From NCBI GenBank assembly GCA_041640595.1, contig JBEPZY010000002.1, positions 468,651-532,650 on the forward strand: 64,000 bases of DNA, read 5' to 3'. The notes beneath the pieces were generated by a model. The model had not been told where the DNA came from and searched no databases. It was given only the letters and a program-made list of their open reading frames with translations. The DNA comes from Gemmatales bacterium. Its GTDB lineage: Bacteria > Planctomycetota > Planctomycetia > Gemmatales > HRBIN36. A program made the position numbers and the translations under genes. Shown here in pieces: positions 10,728 through 19,875 of the stretch (the stretch's first letter is position 1; each line of letters starts with the position of its first letter).

Positions 10728-12308
10728 ATGCCAACCCATCGCCTTCCTTCTCGAGCAAAAGTGATCGGCGGTAATCCTGGTTTACAACACTTCGCTACTT
10801 TCCGTTACCCACTGGGCTATGGAAGCTTTCTCGGTATCAGTGTGGCTATTCTGCTTAGCCTGCCGCTAGCGAGCGTTGCTCGGAAAGATGCTGGTGGTCG
10901 GCCAGTGCGCGAATTCCCAGCAGAGTTGATAGAAGACAAAATCCGCGGCGGGTTGGTCGGACAGCTTTTGGGCAACCTGAACGGGTTGCCGCACGAGTTC
11001 AAATACATCGAAGAGCCAGGCGATGTCCGCGACTATGTGCCTGCTTTGCCGGATGGCGCCTGGACCGACGACGATACCGACATCGAATGGACTTATGTGG
11101 TGGCCATGCACCGCCAGCGCCGGCTCTTGTTGCCGTGGCACGATATCCGAAGTCTCTGGCAGACCCATATCAATCGCCGCATCTGGTCTTCCAATCAATA
11201 CGCTCGCCAGTTGATGGACTTAGGGATCGATCCGCCTGCCACGGGTTTAGTTGCCTTGAATCCCTGGGCGGAATTCAACATCGCGGGCCAGTTCTGCGCC
11301 GAAACATTCGGCCTGATTGCACCTGGATTACCAGAAACAGCAGCGACTATCGGGACGCATTACACTTGCGTGGCAGTGTCCGGAGAACCGCTCCAGGCAA
11401 CTCAGCTGTTCACGGCTATGATTGCCACAGCTTTTCTCACGGCAGATTTGCAAGAAATCCTGAATGCTGGCCAGCAAGCTTGCGATCCGCAGTCGAGGTT
11501 GCTGCAAGTAGTTCGCCAGGTCCTGGCCTGGCACAAACAGTTCCCGGACGATTGGCGCGCTACTCGGCAGAAGATCAAGGAAACCTACGACATTTACGGT
11601 AAGTCCCACCGGGGCCGCAACGGGTACGAGATCAACACAGCTTGTATTATCGCCGCTTTGCTTTATGGACATGGGGACTTTGTCAAGAGCATGACGTTGG
11701 CCTTCAACTTCGGATGGGATGCTGATTGCAATGCTGCCACTGTTGGCACTATACTCGGCGTGCGTCAGGGCTGGCAATGGATGCAAAAGCAGGGTTGGCG
11801 CATCCAGGATCGTTATCGCAATACTACCCGCGAAGGTTTGCCAGAAGACGAAACCATCACGCGTTTCGGGGATCGGCTGATCGAATTAGCGCGGCTTGCT
11901 ATAACCGAAGCTGGCGGCGAATATACCAAGAACACCGCGGGTAAGCACATTTACCGCATTCCTATCCAGCAGCCTCGCTGTGTCCATCCCCTGGCAATGG
12001 ATGAAAAAAACACTCAACAACTGGCACGACTTTACTCGCCGCAAAAATTACTGGACGGATTACGTTCAGCGGATGAGCAAACCAGAGCTCGCAGTGCTTA
12101 TCTGGCCATTGCTCTGGGATATAGCAACGAGGTTCGTCAGCGTGATGAGGCGGCCTGGAAAGCGGGGCTGGCTGCTCTCGACAAATATCCCAAGGTTGTT
12201 CAGGCCATTCACTACTATACACCAGCTACGGAGCTGGCTAATCAACTGCGGCAATCTGCTCTGCAGGCGGGTTTAGCACGACCTCCGAAAAAGCTTCCGC
12301 TCTGGTAA
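10728..12308 (+). CDS. ADP-ribosylglycohydrolase-family protein, probably exported
   Basis: DKIRGGLVGQLLGN, TDDDTD and WDADCNAATVG Mg-binding motifs; hydrophobic signal-like segment near N-terminus. Confidence 0.8.
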   Translation: MPTHRLPSRAKVIGGNPGLQHFATFRYPLGYGSFLGISVAILLSLPLASVARKDAGGRPVREFPAELIEDKIRGGLVGQLLGNLNGLPHEFKYIEEPGDVRDYVPALPDGAWTDDDTDIEWTYVVAMHRQRRLLLPWHDIRSLWQTHINRRIWSSNQYARQLMDLGIDPPATGLVALNPWAEFNIAGQFCAETFGLIAPGLPETAATIGTHYTCVAVSGEPLQATQLFTAMIATAFLTADLQEILNAGQQACDPQSRLLQVVRQVLAWHKQFPDDWRATRQKIKETYDIYGKSHRGRNGYEINTACIIAALLYGHGDFVKSMTLAFNFGWDADCNAATVGTILGVRQGWQWMQKQGWRIQDRYRNTTREGLPEDETITRFGDRLIELARLAITEAGGEYTKNTAGKHIYRIPIQQPRCVHPLAMDEKNTQQLARLYSPQKLLDGLRSADEQTRARSAYLAIALGYSNEVRQRDEAAWKAGLAALDKYPKVVQAIHYYTPATELANQLRQSALQAGLARPPKKLPLW

Positions 12309-12330
12309 GTCCGCCGCTCCAGCAGGGCAC

Positions 12331-13989
12331 TTAGCGAACCCGGGGCCAATAGCGACCTCCTAAGGGCGACAAACTATGCACTGGCCCGGGTGCATGAAAC
12401 GCTACGACCTGCCTGGCTACCGGTGTATCGCTTTCAAAAACCATACGCGCCGCGTACGCCACTTCGTGAAACGCCACGATTTTGCTCAGGACGTAATAGT
12501 CCCGTTCCTGGCGATTGAACACGAACCACCAGTCGCCATGCAGGGTGCCGATCTGCTGCGGATAACGAATGGCCCATTCCAGGGCATAGCCCGAATAAAA
12601 TGCTGCCAGCCCGTAAGGATCGAACAGGTTGTCTCCGGGTCGCAAGTGCTGACGTAACCAGTAACCGGCTTGGCGATGGCCTATTGCTCCGGCATGCAGG
12701 GGTTCGCGGACCAGTTTGCCGACACAGACGGCTAGAAAACCGGCCAGAGCAAAGTTAAACAGTCGCTGCAGGTTTTGGATCCATCGCCAGCTAACTGCGC
12801 CGCAACTTCTTTGATGCCACCACACGCTGGCCTTTGCGAACCGCCACGTTAACCCAGCGCACATTAGACCGCAGATGGTAATCGGATAACTGTAACGCTC
12901 TGCCGAATAGCCAAGCACCAGGGCACCCCGCCAGAGCACCAACATATAGATAAGCACGAACAAGGTCACTAATAACCAGAGCGGATCCCGACGCAGGCGA
13001 CGCAAAGCCAGAACCAAACCTGGCAGGACCAATATCAACGGAGCATAGAAGAATCCCTGGGCGATATCTTCCAGGACATAAACAAGCGCCCGGAATATCC
13101 CAACGTTGGCTGCATCGGGAATGTGAGCGGCCAGGAGCGAGCACGTCGTATGGATCGCCGATATAGGAGCTGAGCCAGCCGCGCCAGCATTCAGCAGAAG
13201 TCGGCCGCTCGGTTTCACCGTTAGCCCACCAATCGCGTAAGTGTACGGAAAAACACTTATAACCAGCGGAAGGAAAAATGAAACCATTGTTCGCACCAGC
13301 TGGCCTGCACTACCAGGCAAATCCCGACGGAAATAAAGGGCTGGGATGCTTATGAGCACGGTGAGGGCAAAAATGGCAGCCTCCGGTCGGGTGAGGTAAG
13401 CAAGCCCGCAGGCCAGTCCGCCTGCAGCAAACCAGTACCACCTTCCCTGCTGCAAACCGATACTGACCAGCAGCAGACTCCAAAACACCCCCGCCAGATA
13501 TAAACCCTCCGAAAGAGCATCGCACAAACAACTGGCCAGGCCCGGCAACAGGTTGAACAATACCGCTACCCAGAACGCGGCCGTAGTGCCAACGAGCCGA
13601 CGAGTCAGCAAAAATATCGCCGGCGTGGCGAGTAATCCGGCCAGGAAATTTGCCAGTTGCGCCGCCAGCTGCCAGGCTTCCGGTTCCAGTTCCCGGCCGG
13701 GAAACAGCAAACGTTGACAGCCGGCTATCGCCAGCGGATAAAGCGGATGTTGCTGCGACTGGCGAACCACTACGCTCCATGGTTGGCGCTGCAAGTAAAT
13801 CGCATACTGAATGTAATCCACGCCATCCCGCGAAATACACACGGTGCGTAGCAGAATCATCGCCTTCACCAGCACCGCCACCAACAACGCCAGCAACAGT
13901 AAGAACATCGCCGGGTCGCCTCGAAACGCGAGGAAACGTAAGGGATGGCGAATATTCGCCGATTTTTCTAAGCTTCTGTGCTGGTACAC
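12331..13989 (-). CDS. GT-C fold membrane glycosyltransferase (ArnT/PMT, GT39-like); start may be 13908
   Basis: Multi-TM; ISRDGVDY, QHPLYP, LSEGLY, AYLTRPE motifs. Confidence 0.75.
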   Translation of the reverse strand: MYQHRSLEKSANIRHPLRFLAFRGDPAMFLLLLALLVAVLVKAMILLRTVCISRDGVDYIQYAIYLQRQPWSVVVRQSQQHPLYPLAIAGCQRLLFPGRELEPEAWQLAAQLANFLAGLLATPAIFLLTRRLVGTTAAFWVAVLFNLLPGLASCLCDALSEGLYLAGVFWSLLLVSIGLQQGRWYWFAAGGLACGLAYLTRPEAAIFALTVLISIPALYFRRDLPGSAGQLVRTMVSFFLPLVISVFPYTYAIGGLTVKPSGRLLLNAGAAGSAPISAIHTTCSLLAAHIPDAANVGIFRALVYVLEDIAQGFFYAPLILVLPGLVLALRRLRRDPLWLLVTLFVLIYMLVLWRGALVLGYSAERYSYPITICGLMCAGLTWRFAKASVWWHQRSCGAVSWRWIQNLQRLFNFALAGFLAVCVGKLVREPLHAGAIGHRQAGYWLRQHLRPGDNLFDPYGLAAFYSGYALEWAIRYPQQIGTLHGDWWFVFNRQERDYYVLSKIVAFHEVAYAARMVFESDTPVARQVVAFHAPGPVHSLSPLGGRYWPRVR

Positions 13990-14409
13990 GCTCGTTTCGC
14001 TCCGACCGCCTAAATGTTAAGTTGCACCGGCGCCGATTATTTTTTCCCATCGGGCTGACGTCTATCGTCGCGGAGATTTTTGCGGTAGGGATACGATCTT
14101 ACGGCAGCCAGGCTGAACCGATGCCCGCCCGTGCGATGCAGTTCTCGATTGTTGAAAGCGGCGGCAAATCATTGCGAAGTAACTACCATTCGGCCATCCT
14201 TAGAGCAAGGCGAACTCGACGAGCCACGCTCTCTCGCAGTGGGAATACCGCTGACTTTTGCTTGCTGCTCCTGCTTGTTTGTGCGAATATTCACCAGGAA
14301 AAGCGATGTTCTTTGGTGCTGCGCATGAACTGGTGTGCGACGAAGGCGTGATCACAACGGTTGCAGGGATGCGAGCCAACAATGCCTTTGCTGCCCTGGC
14401 GGTCTTGTT

Positions 14410-15753
14410 CTACGGGTCGCCACGCCGAAGGCTGCGGGCGATCACTTCCAGGTCGGCCAGGAGATGGCGATGCTGGTTCGGTACTCGACCGGCCAGAGTC
14501 GCACCGCCCTGGGCTTGTCGAATGGCGTAATAATCCAGAACCAGCCGTTCGCCTCGAAGCGTAACTTCGTACCGGAAACGTTCCAGACTCCCTGTTGGAG
14601 CAGGCAACTGTTCCACAGAGCCGCGACGATGCACGGTTGCTTGTTGTTGCGCCAGCCACTGCTCGACCTGCTGCTGATACTGTGCCCCGGTGAGAGCATG
14701 GGCGGGTGGGTCGAGCGTAAGCAGCAGGGTGCCGCCATTCGGTTCATCGAGGAAAATTTGCCGAGGGTCAGCTCGTCGTACCGTCCATCGCCTGGGGTAA
14801 ACGAACGCGACCCCCAACGTTTTTTCAGCAAACAGAAGCCGCGTATTTTCTTCGTCCGGCACCAGCTTTAAACCGCGGAGCGCGGTCTCACTCAACTGCG
14901 GAATATCGTTCACCATCCGCCGCGTTATAACCAGGGTTCCCTGAACCTGACCTACCGCCTGGCCTTCGCTGTCCAGCAGCCATTGCTTACCCTCGAGGGA
15001 GAGGTAAACAATTTTGTTTTGTGCTAGGTCGAAGTAAAGCAGGCCGTGAAGCTCATGCCGACTTGCGCCATCTTCCGACACGCCGCTGACGGTTCCTGCA
15101 AAACTGATCTGGGCCAACCGTTGCCCCTCTCGCTGCTGAATTTGTTCCAAGCGGCAGCTTATCGTTCCCTGGGTAACCTTTTCCAGGTCGGTCAATTCCT
15201 GAACGGCCGACGGATCAGCTGGCCACTTTTCGCCCATGCCGACAGCGCGTCCTGGCAGCAAACCGGCCAGCGCTGGGGTAAACACATCGGTGCGAACGCG
15301 ATCGATTTCCGACCAGGTCAAAGGCACGTCGGGTGAAAACGGCACTTCCAGGTGTCCGGCACGCAGAATCACCATGCGCCGCGCTGCCGGGCGCAGCTGG
15401 CTGACCTGCTCCTGTTGCCCTAAGCGACGCTGGAAGTCCAGTCGCTCATACAGCCGGATTGTGCGTTGCACGACGCCATTGGCAGCCACTTCGAGTATCT
15501 TCTCGGCATAGTCAATGGCACTGCTACCGGTGAATGCGGCGGTTTGCGGCGGGCCATTCGGCTTTTCCGGCGGTAAGCGGAGTTCGCCACGCAAGTTCAC
15601 GCGGCAGCTGACATGATACTGCTGTCCGACCGCCGATTTTTCCTGCAACCACACTTTTTGGGAACTTTCCTGGCCCGCGGTTACCGAGCAGATTGTCAAC
15701 AGCACCCACCCTGGCACCAACCACCTGCCATTGATTCGTGGATTCGCCATCAC
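14410..15753 (-). CDS. Secreted hypothetical protein
   Basis: 447-aa ORF with signal peptide; beta-rich; C-terminal FVYPRRW segment resembles PsbP/DcrB-like domains. Confidence 0.7.
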   Translation of the reverse strand: MMANPRINGRWLVPGWVLLTICSVTAGQESSQKVWLQEKSAVGQQYHVSCRVNLRGELRLPPEKPNGPPQTAAFTGSSAIDYAEKILEVAANGVVQRTIRLYERLDFQRRLGQQEQVSQLRPAARRMVILRAGHLEVPFSPDVPLTWSEIDRVRTDVFTPALAGLLPGRAVGMGEKWPADPSAVQELTDLEKVTQGTISCRLEQIQQREGQRLAQISFAGTVSGVSEDGASRHELHGLLYFDLAQNKIVYLSLEGKQWLLDSEGQAVGQVQGTLVITRRMVNDIPQLSETALRGLKLVPDEENTRLLFAEKTLGVAFVYPRRWTVRRADPRQIFLDEPNGGTLLLTLDPPAHALTGAQYQQQVEQWLAQQQATVHRRGSVEQLPAPTGSLERFRYEVTLRGERLVLDYYAIRQAQGGATLAGRVPNQHRHLLADLEVIARSLRRGDP

Positions 15754-15908
15754 CTTACCCGCCGTGATTGCCTGGTGCCCCGGTTATAGTGTGTCCCGGT
15801 ACTTTACCCCCGACCATCATGGTCCAGAAGAATGGGAGTTGATCCGTTGCTCCCCGCCGCTATTGTAACTCGCTAGAGCTTCCGCGACAAAATGGGAGGC
15901 CCAAGCTG

Positions 15909-16697
15909 ATGCAGGATGATAAATCTACCGCTCAGGTGGACGTAGTAGCCGTCGCCGCTCATCCAGACGATCTGGAAATCACCTGCGGTGGCACGCTTGC
16001 GTTACTCGTGCGCCAGGGATATCGCGTCGCCATGATTGACCTGACCGATGGTGAACCGACACCACGGGGCACACAGGAAATTCGTGCTCGTGAAGCGGAA
16101 GCTGCGCGCCAGGTCCTGGGAGTGCCTTTACGCATCGGTGTCGGTTTACCGAACCGCCTCCTGATGGACAGCCCTGAAAACCGCTTCGCCCTGGCTACCT
16201 GGTTTCGGCGACTCCGGCCGCAGATAGTCATTGCTATGGCCGGCAGAACTCCCGCCGCCTCTCCCGACCATTACCAGGCTCAACTGCTTATCGAAGCGGC
16301 ACGCTTTTACTCCCAACTTACCAAATGGGACGATCGCTTCGCCGGTACAGCTCCCTATCGGGTTCCTCACCTGGTGTATGCGCCGGTTCCGGGCGACGCC
16401 GAAATCCGTCACTGGCACACAACGTTTGTGGTGGACATCTCGGACACTTTTGAACAGAAGCTCCAGGCAGTGCGGTGCTACCAATCGCAATTCGACGAAG
16501 CACGCTTTGAACGGATGCGGCATTTTCTCAGCAGTTACAACGGTTTTCTCGGTAGCCGCTGCGGTTTTCGTTACGGCGAACTTTTTGCCCTACCCCAACC
16601 GCTGGGGACGAATGACCTGTTCCGCACTGTGCTGGGCGGCCAGGCACCGATGCCACCAACACCGCTGACGCCACCGGCGACTCTGCCCCACGGATAG
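15909..16697 (+). CDS. PIG-L/LmbE-family deacetylase (BshB1-like)
   Basis: AHPDDLE, LTDGE, PDHY and YQSQF motifs. Confidence 0.85.
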   Translation: MQDDKSTAQVDVVAVAAHPDDLEITCGGTLALLVRQGYRVAMIDLTDGEPTPRGTQEIRAREAEAARQVLGVPLRIGVGLPNRLLMDSPENRFALATWFRRLRPQIVIAMAGRTPAASPDHYQAQLLIEAARFYSQLTKWDDRFAGTAPYRVPHLVYAPVPGDAEIRHWHTTFVVDISDTFEQKLQAVRCYQSQFDEARFERMRHFLSSYNGFLGSRCGFRYGELFALPQPLGTNDLFRTVLGGQAPMPPTPLTPPATLPHG

Positions 16698-17207
16698 CGG
16701 CGATGTTTCAAAGTCGCAGACGAGTTATGCGATAGCGCCTCGCGCCAGCGACCCGGTTCCAGAAAAAGCATGGTCGGCTAAATTGCTCCTATGCTGGTGA
16801 AATATCTGAGTGAAGGAGCAGTTTTGGAAGTCGGGACATGTCGCCCGCGCAGGAGAACAACTGGGCGACGTTCTGGTCTTACACAAGCCAGTCCTTGCGG
16901 TTTCGCACGGCGGGAGCACAGCAGGAATCGGTTGGTGTGAGCAAGCAAAACAACCGGTGGCAAAAGGTCTCGACTGCCTCTCGTGCAGCAGGGATCGGAA
17001 TTTGGAACGGAATTCCTATCCGGCATTTGCCGGGCCAGGATGAGTAAGCCGGGATTGCTGGGGCGCTTGGCTTACGTAACTGCAAGCTCGTTGTCCTGGC
17101 CAACATGACTGCCAACAATTCCTCGAATTGACCGCCGAAGAATATTATGTGCTGTTTCATCTGAGGGTCCCGTATGCGTTTTCGCATCTCGGCGCTGGGA
17201 GCACAGC

Positions 17208-17999
17208 TTGGCCACGGAAAAGACGACCGCCCTGGTGCTGCGGACTACCGATTTCAGTGAGACCAGTCGCGTGGTGGTGCTCTGGACACGCGATTTTGGT
17301 AAGGTACGCGCTCTGGCAAAGGGCGGGCGCAGACTCCGCAGTGCCTTTGAAGTTGCTCTTGACCTGCTGAACTTGTGCGATATTGTCCTCATCCGCAAAG
17401 CTTCTGACGCTCTCGATCTGCTCACCGAGGCACGACTCCGCGAACGCTTCGTCCATTTGCGCACTCATCTGCAGGCTTATTACGCGGCCTGCTTGATGGC
17501 CGAAATTTTGTCCATTTGCGCTCAGGAAAACGATCCGCATCCGCAGTGGTTTGAGGAGACGATTTCCGCTTTGCGCCAGCTTAGCGGCGAGGCGGTCTAT
17601 CCCACATTGCTGCAATGGGAAGTGCGGGCCTTGCGGGAGGTCGGTCTCCAGCCAGTCCTGGATCGCTGCGTGCTATGCAAGCAACCGATGCTCGCGGCAT
17701 CTGGCGGTGCCTCGCTCACCTGGAGTGCTCTGGCCGGCGGGGTCGTTTGTTCTCATTGCCACGTCGCGGCCCGGGGACGACGGCAAGTCTCAGCACATCT
17801 GATCGGGCAACTGCAAAAGCTTGCCTGCTCCTCCACCGAGCTACCAGACCCAGCGACGTGCCTCGATTTGCTTGACTTACTGCACGACTACTGGATGCAG
17901 CAGCTCAGCGTGCCTCTGCGTCTGGCTATTTATTTCCAACCTATTCGCCGTGATGCGGGGAAACCGGAAGGGGGCCATGGGTATAACTCGCCTAGCTAA
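17208..17999 (+). CDS. recO: DNA repair protein RecO
   Basis: ALVLRTTDFSETSRVV, GKVRALAKG, zinc finger CVLC...CSHC; TTG start. Confidence 0.92.
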   Translation: MATEKTTALVLRTTDFSETSRVVVLWTRDFGKVRALAKGGRRLRSAFEVALDLLNLCDIVLIRKASDALDLLTEARLRERFVHLRTHLQAYYAACLMAEILSICAQENDPHPQWFEETISALRQLSGEAVYPTLLQWEVRALREVGLQPVLDRCVLCKQPMLAASGGASLTWSALAGGVVCSHCHVAARGRRQVSAHLIGQLQKLACSSTELPDPATCLDLLDLLHDYWMQQLSVPLRLAIYFQPIRRDAGKPEGGHGYNSPS

Positions 18000-19101
18000 T
18001 CGGGGCCGGCCAGGTCGCTTGCTCATAACCTGTCTGGCGTGGTCTGTCTTTGGTTGCCAGCAAATGTCCTCCTTTTCGTGGTCCGACTGGAAAAAGCCAC
18101 GGGTCGAGTTGCCGCCACCGCCACCGGAAAAAGTATTTCGGGCCGGTCACTGGGAGGAAGAACCGCCTCCGCCACCTGGAACCCTGGCGGGTGATTTAGC
18201 TTCTGCGCGAGTGCTTTTCCAGCGCGGCCAGTACGAGGATGCGGAAAAGGTTTTCGCCTGGTTGGCCGACCGTGCTGAGCGTGAAAAAGACCCTAACCTT
18301 TATGAAGAGGCCCTCTATTGGCTCGGAGAATCCCAGTTCGCACAACGCAATTATCCGGCAGCAGCCGCTACCTATAAGCGTCTGCTTGATAAGTTTCCCA
18401 ACTCCCGATTCCGTGCTGAGGTCATCCGCCGCGAAGTTGAGATTGCCGAAAACTGGCTGGAAGTCACCCGTGAAGAAATGCTTAGTCGAAACCAAGGTCG
18501 GTGGTATTGGCCACGCCTGTTTAATTTCGAGAAGGAGAAACCCCTGGTCGGCGTCGAGTCGCAGGCACTCGGTATCTTGCAGGCTGCTTATTTGCAAGAC
18601 CCGACCGGCCCTCTGGCGCCCCATTGCTTAGACCGCATCGCAGCCGTCAACTATTTCCGCCAGGAATGGGAAGAGGCGGACCGATACTACAGTTTACTTA
18701 CCGAAAGTCATCCGCATTCCCCACTGGCTGTCTCTGCCTTACGGCGAGCTATCGAGGCTAAGATTAACTCCGTGCCAGGCCCGGAATATGATGACACTAA
18801 ATTAGCCGAAGCGCGTCATCTCGTGGACGTGGCATTACGCAAATATCCGGAATTGCGCGACCCTCAATCGCAAGCTTATCTTGAAACCACGGTGGCGGCT
18901 ATTCATGATCGCCAGGCTCAGAAGGATTTCAACATTGCCGAATTTTATCGCCGCACCGGTCTGCCGGGTTCCGCATATTTTTATTACGAACTGGTCCGGC
19001 GACGCTATAGCGGTACTCGATGGGCACAATTAGCTGAGCAGCGCATCCAAGAACTTCGTGCACAGGTTGAAAAAGACCACCCTCGTAACGAGAATCCATG
19101 A
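17977..19101 (+). CDS. bamD: Outer membrane protein assembly factor BamD-like TPR lipoprotein
   Basis: Lipobox VFGC; TPR repeats; C-terminal IAEFYRR..SAYFYY; adjacent to lptE. Confidence 0.75.
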   Translation: MGITRLANRGRPGRLLITCLAWSVFGCQQMSSFSWSDWKKPRVELPPPPPEKVFRAGHWEEEPPPPPGTLAGDLASARVLFQRGQYEDAEKVFAWLADRAEREKDPNLYEEALYWLGESQFAQRNYPAAAATYKRLLDKFPNSRFRAEVIRREVEIAENWLEVTREEMLSRNQGRWYWPRLFNFEKEKPLVGVESQALGILQAAYLQDPTGPLAPHCLDRIAAVNYFRQEWEEADRYYSLLTESHPHSPLAVSALRRAIEAKINSVPGPEYDDTKLAEARHLVDVALRKYPELRDPQSQAYLETTVAAIHDRQAQKDFNIAEFYRRTGLPGSAYFYYELVRRRYSGTRWAQLAEQRIQELRAQVEKDHPRNENP

Positions 19102-19700
19102 ACCGCTTACTTTCGGCTCGAAAAATCTATAGTGTACTTGCATACACTATACCACTCCTAGCGTCTGCCTGCACCAGTACAGGGGGCGTTAGCATCCTCG
19201 GTTACAGCTCCGACTCGAATTACGACACCAGCATTCACACCGTTCGCGTGCCCGTTTTCAGGAACCTGACTTTTTACCGAGGCATTGAATTTCAACTGAC
19301 CCAGGCGGTGATCCAGAAGATCGAAGCACGCACGCCGTGGAAGGTGGTCCAGCAAGGATATGCCGATGCCGAGTTGTTAGGTACTATCACTCAACTGCAA
19401 AAGCGTATTCCGCTGGTGAACCCGCTTAACGAGGTTCGTGAGGGTGAATATACCATGACGGTTGAAGTTAGTTTCCGCGACTTGCGAATCGGAACCGGCA
19501 TACCCGAGCCTCTCAGCCCTTCGGAGCCCACACCTTCGGAGGCCAACAGCGCTTCTTCCGGTAAGCCGCCGCCCAAAACGCTTCTTATTCGCAGCCGGCC
19601 ATTTGTCCCGGAATTAGGTCAGTCCACAGCTACAGCCCGCCAGCAACTGGTCGAAGATATCGCCGAACAGATCGTCAACATGCTCGAATCGCCCTGGTAA
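19098..19700 (+). CDS. lptE: LPS assembly lipoprotein LptE family
   Basis: Lipobox ASAC; TVRVPVFRNLTFYRGIEFQLTQAV pattern; ATGA overlap with bamD. Confidence 0.75.
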   Translation: MNRLLSARKIYSVLAYTIPLLASACTSTGGVSILGYSSDSNYDTSIHTVRVPVFRNLTFYRGIEFQLTQAVIQKIEARTPWKVVQQGYADAELLGTITQLQKRIPLVNPLNEVREGEYTMTVEVSFRDLRIGTGIPEPLSPSEPTPSEANSASSGKPPPKTLLIRSRPFVPELGQSTATARQQLVEDIAEQIVNMLESPW

Positions 19701-19875
19701 ATATCCTTCTAGCATTTTATCGCTTTTCCATCTGGCACCACCATGCAGAGCATTATTTATCTACACAAATGGAAGCGGTTGCTAATGTTTCCAGCTGGCT
19801 TTGGAATGCCGTTGCATTGGAAGGGGTTTCTGGTTATATACTCTCCTCTCAGAACATAAGCGGAGGAAGTTGACC

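Noticed and set aside
19733..19747. Possible sigma54 promoter TGGCACCACCATGCA before the foldase gene
   Set aside because: GG-to-GC spacing is one base short of the strict -24/-12 requirement
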